Source: Octopus sinensis (lineage: Eukaryota). From it: 22,384 bases of DNA. Both the position numbers and the translations under genes were made by a program. The number at the start of each line of letters is the position of its first letter. The first letter of the stretch is position 1. The stretch covers positions 1 to 22,384 of the forward strand of contig NW_021836944.1 of the NCBI RefSeq assembly GCF_006345805.1, written 5' to 3'. Positions 1 to 8,419 of the stretch are shown in pieces. The notes under the pieces were generated by a model that saw nothing but the letters and a program-made list of their open reading frames with translations, ran no database searches and was not told the DNA's origin.

Positions 1-38
1 TGATTCTCGAAAATATATTTCTTTTTCTCTCTCTTTTT

Positions 39-65
39 CACTCACTCACTCACTCACTCACTCAC

Positions 66-112
<47 letters not shown>
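39..112. repeat. (ACTC)n/(CT)n compound microsatellite
   Basis: Direct reading of tandem units. Confidence 0.95.
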
Positions 113-115
<3 letters not shown>

Positions 116-281
116 ACCCCCCCCCCACACGTATATATATGGAGTAGTTTTGGCGAGGCGTTGAGTGGTATAACTTTAAAGAGATTTGTTGTGTAAGGTC
201 AGAACAATGCCACAGGGTACAAAGTAAACAACAAAAGATAAAACAAAACAAAATAAAACAAAGTTACAGTTTTATCTTGTA

Positions 282-655
282 CTAGCATTATGACCCGGCA
301 ACGCCGGGCCATAGTGCTAGTGCATGCATATACAGCTGCGTGCATGCGCACATACACCCGAGTACTGTCCAAATCTCCGACCAATCACATACAGCTAGCT
401 GGCATTCAATTTGCGTATCAAGTTTCAAGCATTTTGATTGGGTTTTGGATGGAAAATTCACAAAAAAGTCACTTCTGTTGATTTTTTTAATGGCTTTGCG
501 GGGTGACTGGGGAAATGTAAAGATGTGCACGACCACCCTTGGACGGTTTTAAATGACCAGAGAAAGTGAAGCCCTCTAACTGAAAAATTGTGGATTTATA
601 TAAAGGACACACACACACACACAGACAGACATTTTGCCGTTTATATAGAGAGAGA
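282..655 (-). mobile_element. Non-autonomous Helitron-type element (copy 1)
   Basis: On minus it starts TCTCTCTCTATATAAACGGCA and ends with a GC hairpin and CTAG, between A and T, with no TSD. Its head is shared with the element at 11909. Confidence 0.8.
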
Positions 656-681
656 TTTCGGGGCTATAACCCCTTCTTCAG
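656..681 (-). ncRNA. Penelope-type minimal hammerhead ribozyme core, disrupted
   Basis: Minus reads CUGAAGA-A-GGGG-uuauag-CCCC-GAAA. The Helitron begins immediately after GAAA. Confidence 0.65.
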
Positions 682-1038
682 GACATTTTGAAAAGTGAGG
701 GATGGAAAAGTAGTCACTCAGATGTGTTGGGGGATGAAGGAAGAAGGGGAAGGAAGGTAGAAGGTGACATGTGCAAACTAGTGTTGCTATAGTGACCCGT
801 ATGCTTCATGTAGTTCCTTCATGTTGTTAGTGGTCGGTCTCAGTTTCTTAATAAGTAGAGCCTCCTTGATCCCGAGATTTCCCTCACTTTTCCAAAATCT
901 CATAAAGAAAGGGTTATGTCCCCGAAATATTGAGGCACAAGGTAAAACTGTAACTTTGATTTGTTTTCCTTTCTTTTCCTTTTTTAATTTACTTTGCACC
1001 TTCTTGCATTATTCTGCGTTATACAACGATTTTAAAAC

Positions 1039-1150
1039 TATATATATATATATATATATAATATATTATATATATATATATATCTATAATATGTTATATA
1101 TACTATGTATATATATATGTATGTATAATATATGTATATATATCTATATG

Positions 1151-1181
<31 letters not shown>

Positions 1182-1230
1182 GTATATATATTATAGTAAT
1201 ATGTATATATATATATATATGTATATAATG

Positions 1231-1284
<54 letters not shown>

Positions 1285-1304
1285 AATATATATATTATAT
1301 ATAT
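1039..1304. repeat. Degenerate (TA)n microsatellite
   Basis: Direct reading. Confidence 0.95.
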
Positions 1305-1305
1305 C

Positions 1306-1506
1306 AGACGCCATGAGAGATCGTTTAGCCACTACACACATTTTTTTTCTCTCCTTGTTTTTTCTGTGTCCCTTTCTGTAGAAGAGCGTAGGCTCGAAAC
1401 GTAAAGACTTTTTCTATTCTTTTTTGAGCGTTATACTAATACATCTGTTTGCTTTGTACACCACCTGTCGTCGTCTTTTGTTATTTTTTCGTAAACTCTC
1501 CCTATA
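1306..1506 (+). mobile_element. Probable Penelope-like pseudo-LTR fragment with hammerhead-like motif
   Basis: CTGTAGA-A-GAGC-gtag-GCTC-GAAACGTA at 1376-1403. The fragment sits between TA and CA arrays. Confidence 0.5.
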
Positions 1507-1601
1507 CACACACACACATACACTCACACACACACACACACGCCCGCACACACACACACACACAACACACACACACACACGCCCAAACACACACACACAC
1601 A

Positions 1602-1640
<39 letters not shown>
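1504..1640. repeat. (CA)n/(TA)n microsatellite
   Basis: Direct reading. Confidence 0.95.
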
Positions 1641-1880
1641 CACAAAGAAAGTTAGGGGTTGTGGATCCAACCCACTAAGGGATAATATTTATCCAACATA
1701 CTGTTGGTATAATACCCAATTATTAATACACAAGTGTTTTTAATTGCAATGCAATTAACTTACTTATTGTATTAAATGGGTGAACGTAAAGAAATATTTT
1801 ACCATTAATTTATATCACAAAATAAGAAAATGGAGGAGAACATTAGGTGGTTCATCAACTTTAGGACATTAAAATGTTGA

Positions 1881-2062
1881 TACATACATACACACATACA
1901 TACATACATACATACATACATACATACATACATACATACATACATACGTACGTACGTACGTACATACATACATACATACATACATACATACATACATACA
2001 TACATACACATATATATAAATAAATATTTATATATATATATATATATTATATATACACACAC

Positions 2063-2093
<31 letters not shown>
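1881..2093. repeat. (TACA)n/(TACG)n/(TA)n compound microsatellite
   Basis: Direct reading. Confidence 0.95.
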
Positions 2094-2518
2094 CGTCTAA
2101 GAAACCATAAGTCAGACAAAATATGCGCTCGTATATTTGTCAGTGTAAGTACATTAATGGAAGCGTACAGTATTATATATCCATTACGGCCATTCTTACC
2201 AATTGGTTTCGGACTAGGAGTGGAACGGGGTGTTAGATAACAGCCATGTTATGTAACCCTGCGCTCTTCAGAGATGGCAGTTATGGAAGAAAATATAGCG
2301 ACTATTCTCTTTTGTTGGAGGTGAAAAGAGACATCCAGTTTGTGGTTGCTGTGAAAAGACAACGAAACCAACGTGCTAAGATTCAGTTTAGAGTCCTGTC
2401 CTTGGCACCAAACACCCGCCTCTGGTGCTGGTTGTGGTGATGGGGGTGGGGGTGGTGCGGGGGTGGGGGCGGGGGTGCCCAAAGGTCGGATAAGTACCTG
2501 TGTTCGTTTGTGTGTGTT

Positions 2519-2576
2519 TTGAGAGAGAGAGAGAGAGTGAGTGAGCGAGCGAGTGAGAGATAGATAAATGGATAGG

Positions 2577-2612
<36 letters not shown>

Positions 2613-2698
2613 GTGACAGAGTGAGTGGGAGAGAGAGTGAGGGAGAGAAAGTGAGAGAGCGAGAGAAAGAGAGAGAGAGAGTCAGACAGACAGATAGA
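2519..2698. repeat. (GA)n/(GATA)n compound microsatellite
   Basis: Direct reading. Confidence 0.9.
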
Positions 2699-3234
2699 CT
2701 AGTGGTGGGTCTGGAAGACGGGGTGTGGAGCTCCTGGCCTCCTATCGCACGCATTCTTCTAATCCGTTACGATTTAGTACGCTGCAGGATTTATCTTGAA
2801 AGGCTCAAAGGACTGACGGGTGTGTGTGTATGTATGTGTGGATGTGCTTGCGTGCGTGTGTGATCGTGGGTGTGTATGTATAGGGAGCAGGGTGGCTGGT
2901 TGGTGTCTTAGTTTATTGAATGAGTTGAGAGAGAGAGTGTGGAAGAGAGTAGGTGAGAAAGAGTGAGAAATGGAGAGAGTGAGAGAGAGGGGGGAGAAGG
3001 GGGGAGAGGGGTGTTCAGAGACAGAAAATTGGGTATTGTACTAAAGAAACAGTTGGGTATAAGGGGTGGAGAGATTGTTAGCCAAAACAAACAAACAAAC
3101 ACGCGCGCGCGCACACCTACACATAAACATAGACACACACCCAAAGACATGTTCATAAAAATGCCCACTTTCTCACACACATCTACACACATCATGCCTT
3201 CACGCACACACACACACACACACACACACCACAC

Positions 3235-3265
<31 letters not shown>

Positions 3266-3468
3266 ACAGCACGAAGCTTTGTCAGTGAATAGGTCGCGAT
3301 CTCAAAACGACGAAAATATTTTGGCAAATTAAGTTTAAATGTTGAAGTGAAACTAACGGTTTTGTGTGTTTCTTAAATGGCTTCTAAACACCTTCCACGC
3401 TGTAATTGTTTTTCCTTCCAGCACACGATCTCAGATCAAGTCACTCGCTATGCAAGTACATCTCCGTA

Positions 3469-3499
<31 letters not shown>

Positions 3500-3572
3500 G
3501 GGAATATGATTCCAAACTTACAGGGAAAAATTCAATTTAGTAACACTAAATCAAATTACACAATATGTAATA

Positions 3573-3763
3573 TATGTATATAAATTAGAGAAGAACCACC
3601 ATGTAGCAATTCAACAATGATATACTTAAATCATACCACACAGAAAAAGATTAAAGATAAGATAAAAAGTTCACCTCATCTTTAATATTTTTCTATATGG
3701 TATGATTTAATTATATCATTGTTGAATTGCTACATGGTGGTTCTTCTCTAATTTATATACATA
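3573..3763. repeat. Long inverted repeat: 86-bp arms, 19-nt spacer
   Basis: 3573-3658 is the reverse complement of 3678-3763 with 4 mismatches by eye. Confidence 0.9.
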
Positions 3764-3919
3764 CATACATACATACATACATACATACATACACACACGC
3801 ATATATATATATATAACTCAACTTGTGTGTCTGTGTGTGTATATGTGTGTGTATCTGTGTGTTTAACTTATGGATCTACCAAGTTTCATTATTAAGGATG
3901 GAAAGTAGTGTGTAGCAAA

Positions 3920-4310
3920 TCTCTCTATATATAAAGCTGAAGTTGTCTGTGTGTGGCAGGTTTGGTAGCCTTCAACTAACACTATCTCCTTCGAGACCCT
4001 GCGGCGTAAGTTGACCAAAATTGAGAGTGTGGTAGAAGAAGGCTTGCTCTTCATTCTGTAGAAGATAAAATTCAAATCAGACCATATTAACACCAAAAAT
4101 TATTTACATCAAAAAGGTGCTTTTTTCTATGAAAATCCCTGTTTCTTTACGATTTTTGACTGCTGTGTCACCATTTTTCGGTGTATTTCAACTGGAAAAA
4201 GGTTCACTTGAAGAGAATAACAAGCTACATAATGCAAAATTTTTACTTTTCAAAAATTCCAATTCTAAAGGGTCGAAACAAACCCAAGCAACACCGGGTG
4301 ATACTGCTAG
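3920..4310 (+). mobile_element. Non-autonomous Helitron-type element (copy 2)
   Basis: A|TCTCTCTATATATAAAG start. End is CCCAAGCAACACCGGG-TGATACTG-CTAG, a degenerate version of the shared 3' hairpin. Confidence 0.75.
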
Positions 4311-4326
4311 CATACATGTATATATA

Positions 4327-4722
4327 TATTTATATATAAAAGAGAAGTTGTGTGTCTGTCTCCTACGATTTAGATTCCTAACTACTCCCACATTTTGCGG
4401 TGCAGTTTAACCAAAACCGGGTATCTTATAGTCGTGATTCATATCAAGCCCTACTGGGTATTAGCGCGCATCTACTACGAATCTACGATTGAAAAAAAAA
4501 TTTACCATAATTTTTTCCATTTTAATGCATTTTTTCGCTATTATATAAGGGAAGTAACTCTCTAAAAATGTCTACGATGAGTCAACGATTTAAAAAAAGG
4601 GTACCATAATTTTTTTTCATTTTTAATACATATTTTTTGCTATCTTTGGGCTATAACTCTCTAAAAATGCTTATATAGTTATTTCACTTACAAACCCGAG
4701 CAACGCCGGGCGATACTGCTAG
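4327..4722 (+). mobile_element. Non-autonomous Helitron-type element (copy 3)
   Basis: 396 bp, ends CCCGAGCAACGCCGGG-CGATACTG-CTAG|T, contains an internal ~100-bp tandem duplication. Same family as 5822-6217. Confidence 0.8.
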
Positions 4723-4736
4723 TATATATATATATA

Positions 4737-5144
4737 TTATTTCATCAGTTTCGGCTCAAAGCTGTGGCGATGCTGTGGCGATGCTGTGGCGATGCTGTGG
4801 CACCGCCGTTTTGCTGCACTGTTACTGATATGTGACATTTGGTGAATAAGGGAGTTTGATGTCACTACTCTCATTTGCACTTCCTGCTGCGAGGTAGTTT
4901 CATCTGGGGCTATCGACAGGAAGTGATTCAGTTTTGATTTGAAAACACCTACATCCACTTTGTGTAGGTCCCTCAGGCTCTTTGGGAGAATATTAAAAAG
5001 CTATGGGCCCTAGAATCCCAGGCTGTTGCAATAACTGGTCCTGAAGCGCGACGATATTTTCGGGATCTTTGGCGCTGTGCAGTGACAACCCGTTCTGGCA
5101 TTTGTATAGCTTTCAATACCAAAATTTTGCACAATCCCTTCCAG
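4737..5144 (-). mobile_element. CR1-type LINE 3' end (decayed ORF2 C-terminus + 3' tail)
   Basis: Minus translation LEGIVQNFG...GP*LFNILPKSLRDL...FKSKLNHFLSIAPDE...SNSLIHQ resembles CR1 ORF2 termini. It has in-frame stops and an 11-bp tandem (GCTGTGGCGAT x3.7) at 4761-4801. Confidence 0.7.
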
Positions 5145-5264
5145 GAGGTCGATCCTATCAATGCGGTGCTCCAGCATGGCCTTAGTCAAAGAATAAAAGA
5201 AAGTTTCAGTTGATTCGAACGTGAATAAGTCAATTGCTGTAGTATTTTGCTTACATATATTTAC

Positions 5265-5669
5265 GGCGAGCTGGCAGAACCGTTAGCACGCCGGACGAAA
5301 TGCTTAGCGTCTGTCGTTACGTTCTGAGTTCAAATTCCGCCGAGGTCGACTTTGCCTTTCATCCTTTCGGGGTCGATTAAATAAGTACCAGTTACGCACT
5401 GGGGTCGATATAATCGACTTAATCCGTTTGTCTATCCTTGTTTGTCTCTCTGTGTTTAGCCCTTTGTGGGTAGTAAAGAAATAGGTATTTCGTCTGCCGT
5501 TACGTTCTGAGTTCAAATTCCGCCGAGGTCGACTTTGCCTTTCATCCTTCCAGGGTCGATTAAATAAGTACCATTTACGCACTAGGGTCGACATAATCGA
5601 CTTAATCCGTTTGTCTGTACTTGTTTGTCCTCTCTGTGTTTATCCCCCTGTGGGTAGTAAAGAAATAAG
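5265..5669 (+). mobile_element. tRNA-head SINE family A with tandemly duplicated body
   Basis: Head GGCGAGCTGGCAGAA, B-box-like GAGTTCAAATTCC, core GCCTTTCATCCTTTCGGGGTCGAT..AATAAGTACCAG (resembles Meta/MESC-type SINE cores). 5308-5490 is repeated at 5491-5667. Confidence 0.85.
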
Positions 5670-5821
5670 AATACAACTTCCTTTTCAGACAGTATTTGAT
5701 CACAACACATTCGATTAGTTGAGACAAGGGGACTAACGGAATGTATAAAAAATGGTTACTGGTAACGCTTAGTGAAAGACTACAGTCCCGAGTAAAACAG
5801 AACGTACCTTTTTATCTATTA

Positions 5822-6217
5822 CTAGCAGTATCGCCCGGCGTTGCTCGGGTTTGTAAGGGAAATAACTATATAAGCATTTTTAGAGAGTTATAGCCAAAAG
5901 TAGCAAAAAAATGCATTAAAAATGGAAAAAAATTATGGTAATTTAAAAAAAAAAATCGTTGACTCATCGTAGACATTTTTAGAGAGTTACTTCCCTTATA
6001 TAATAGCGAAAAAATGCATTAAAATGGAAAAAAATGATGGTAAATTTTTTTAAAATCGTAGACTCATCGTAGACGCGCGCGAATACCCAGAAGGGCTCGA
6101 TATGAATCACGACTATAAGATAACCGCTTTTGGTTAAACTGCACCGCAAAATGTGGGAGTAGTTAAGAATCTAAATCGTAGGAGACAGACACACAACTTC
6201 ACTTTTATATATAAAGA
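5822..6217 (-). mobile_element. Non-autonomous Helitron-type element (copy 4)
   Basis: 396 bp, minus A|TC...hairpin-CTAG|T. Inverted homolog of 4327-4722. Confidence 0.85.
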
Positions 6218-6224
6218 TATTATT

Positions 6225-7065
6225 GGTGAAGGTGCATGGCTCAGTGGTTAGAGCGTCAGGCTCACAGTCATGAGGTAGTGATTTCGATTCCTGGACCGGG
6301 CTGTGTGTTGTGTTCTTGAGCAAGTCACCTTATTTCACGCTACTCCAGTTCACTCAGCCATGAAGTTAGTTTATCTTTCCCTTGGGTAACATTGGTGGCG
6401 TGAAGAGGGGAGGCTGGTAATCATGAGCGAATGCTGGTCTTCCATAAAGAACGTTGCTTGAATTTTTGCCTCGGAAGGAAACTATCTAGTGGCGTGGAAA
6501 GGGCAGGCTGGTATGCATGGGCGACCGATGGTTTTCCATAAACAGCCTTGTTTGGACTTGTGTCTCGAAAAGGAACTTTCGGATCTTTTCGGTTTGAACG
6601 GCAGTTTTTTCTAGCGGTGTCATATGAAATTGTCACCCATAATTATAACCTTAGAATCGATCTATTGCATTTCAATCTCTTTCAGGGTTAGGGTTAGGGT
6701 TAGGGGTGGGCGAAGGGTATCTTTTTTTCTTCACAAATGTAAATAAACTCAATCTGTTTCTTAAATAAACCCAATCTGTTTCATACGGCACAGAATGTTT
6801 TTTTTTTTACCTCGATAGACGTCACTGATTGGTTGAAATCGCAGAAATTGGAGAAAATAAACAACAAATATCTTACAAACTATAGAATTTTCTCAATAAA
6901 GCCAAGAGAAAAAGATGTTTTATAAACACATTCTACCAGTATACGAAGTTTAAAATTTTTTCAGTTACCTAGAAATTATGTTAAAAACTGCCGTTCAAAC
7001 CGAAAAGATCCGAACTTTCGAAATGGAATACCATGGTCATTCAGACCGAAGTGTGTCTTTGCCCT
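6225..7065 (+). mobile_element. tRNA-head CORE-like SINE family D, interrupted by a MITE
   Basis: A box TGGCTCAGTGG, B box TTCGATTCC, CORE-like GTGTTCTTGAGCAAG. Internal ~95-bp duplication (6394-6580). Homology to 21617-21959 resumes after 7019. Confidence 0.8.
6581..7011. mobile_element. MITE with 29-bp TIRs and 8-bp TSD (possibly Merlin-like)
   Basis: TIR GGATCTTTTCGGTTTGAACGGCAGTTTTT at 6581-6609 and 6983-7011. TSD GAACTTTC at 6573-6580 and 7012-7019. Confidence 0.92.
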
Positions 7066-7543
7066 ATTAGATTATCGGATGTGGCGACACATTGTTGAAG
7101 CTTTCGAATGATGCCATTCGACGGCCAGTTTATAGTGAGTGGCCTGGAGCTGCACGAAATGAAGGGTTTTGCTCGCGAATACAACACACCACCTCTCGAG
7201 GAACCGAAACTACAACTATGTAGTTGTCTGCACAACACACTAACCACTAGGCTACGTGCCTTGGCTTGCACGCGCACGCACGCATTTGCAACACACACAC
7301 AAATTTATTGTCTGTTAAAAATATAACCTGTGAACAGAACACAGAAACCGAAAGTGAAAGTGAAAGTAAAAGATTGCCCGTGCTAGTTTCGTCTGGTTTG
7401 GTCTGTGAACTATATATAAACAGCATTGGAGGAGTAGACGTTTTTTCTGTTATGTTCTCTACTTCCGATTGTTGTAAACATAGTTTCCGGATGTGGAAGT
7501 AAAACCGGATAAGCGAGGGGAAATTGAACTGAGTGGTGATGAG

Positions 7544-7544
<1 letters not shown>

Positions 7545-7623
<79 letters not shown>
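7545..7623. repeat. (TA)n microsatellite
   Basis: Direct reading. Confidence 0.95.
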
Positions 7624-7625
<2 letters not shown>

Positions 7626-7709
7626 ATCAATATGAGTGATAGGAATAATAATTGTTCAATTATAATTCGGTTCGTTTATTTCAACCATAAAAATTATGAT
7701 AATATAAAA

Positions 7710-7784
7710 TGGCAGAATATTGGTAGGGAGCTGGCAGAATATTGGTAGGGAGCTGGCAGAATATTGGTAGGGAGCTGGCAGAAT
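7710..7784 (+). repeat. 22-bp tandem repeat x3.4 spanning a SINE 5' junction
   Basis: Unit TGGCAGAATATTGGTAGGGAGC starts at 7710, 7732 and 7754, with a partial copy at 7776. Confidence 0.95.
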
Positions 7785-7976
7785 CGTTAGTACGTCGGCC
7801 GAAACGCTTATAGGCATTTCGTTCGTCTTCACGAACTGAGTTCAAATTCCGCGAGGTTCACTTTACCTGTCATCCTTTCGGGGTCGGTAAAACAAGTACC
7901 AATTGAGTACTGGGGTAGATGTAATCGACTAGTACCTTCCCCCCAAATTTCAGGCCTTCTGCCTTTAATAGGAAGG

Positions 7977-8015
<39 letters not shown>

Positions 8016-8048
8016 GTTATTATTATTGTTATTATCATTATTATTATT
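7768..8048 (+). mobile_element. SINE family A variant with (ATT)n tail
   Basis: Same head and core as 5265, different 3' segment, (ATT)n at 7977-8048. Confidence 0.8.
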
Positions 8049-8135
8049 CTATGTTTGACTTTTGCTTTACATTTGTACAAGTTGGTTCCAAGTCTCACTC
8101 AGTGACCTCAAGAAACAACAGGTTGGAAGTTCATG

Positions 8136-8170
<35 letters not shown>

Positions 8171-8172
<2 letters not shown>

Positions 8173-8415
8173 GGGTACACCAGGAACATGCATCACAACC
8201 AAATGTGCTCGACATGGTAATCTCATATCAAGATAAACAGCGCATGACCTTTCAGGTGGGGGCCCAGGTAGAATTTTCTTCTGGTCGAGTAACCAATCCT
8301 GCTCAAAAGGTCCCTGAATAAGGGTTGTTTAAGGATGTTGAACAAAACACCCATGTTTCCAGAGGTGAATTATTAAAACCCCAAAGAATCCCTCTCAGCA
8401 CATGGCAATGATGCT
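8171..8415 (-). mobile_element. Probable fragment of a further SINE family
   Basis: Recalled resemblance to an octopus interspersed repeat, with a weak A-box-like head on minus. Single copy here, so not internally confirmed. Confidence 0.4.
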
Positions 8416-8419
8416 ACAG

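Larger units (their letters stand above)
141..1040 (-). mobile_element. 5'-truncated Penelope-like retroelement (GIY-YIG C-terminus + pseudo-LTR + inverted partial pseudo-LTR), interrupted by a Helitron
   Basis: Minus 879-787 encodes LGIKEALLIKKLRPTTN, resembling the Penelope GIY-YIG C-terminal motif (KEALLIxxxxPxLN). 881-1040 (+) is an inverted copy of 701-656 joined to 281-168. The repeat carries a minimal hammerhead motif. TA repeats flank both sides. Confidence 0.75.

Noticed and set aside
1641-1880. AT-rich segment between microsatellites
   Set aside because: Likely a repeat fragment, but no diagnostic termini or motifs are visible.
821-3327. ORFs rich in IY, HT, CV, YLSI or MYVC repeats
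   Set aside because: They are translations of microsatellites, not proteins.
3266-3468. Complex segment between TA arrays as a MITE or ribozyme
   Set aside because: No matching TIRs and no canonical hammerhead core. Probably an interspersed repeat that I cannot classify.
6684-6705. True telomere or chromosome fusion site
   Set aside because: Only about three units, and they are internal to a TIR/TSD-bounded MITE.
7710-7784. 22-bp repeats as a CRISPR array
   Set aside because: No spacers, eukaryotic context, and it is a local duplication at a SINE junction.
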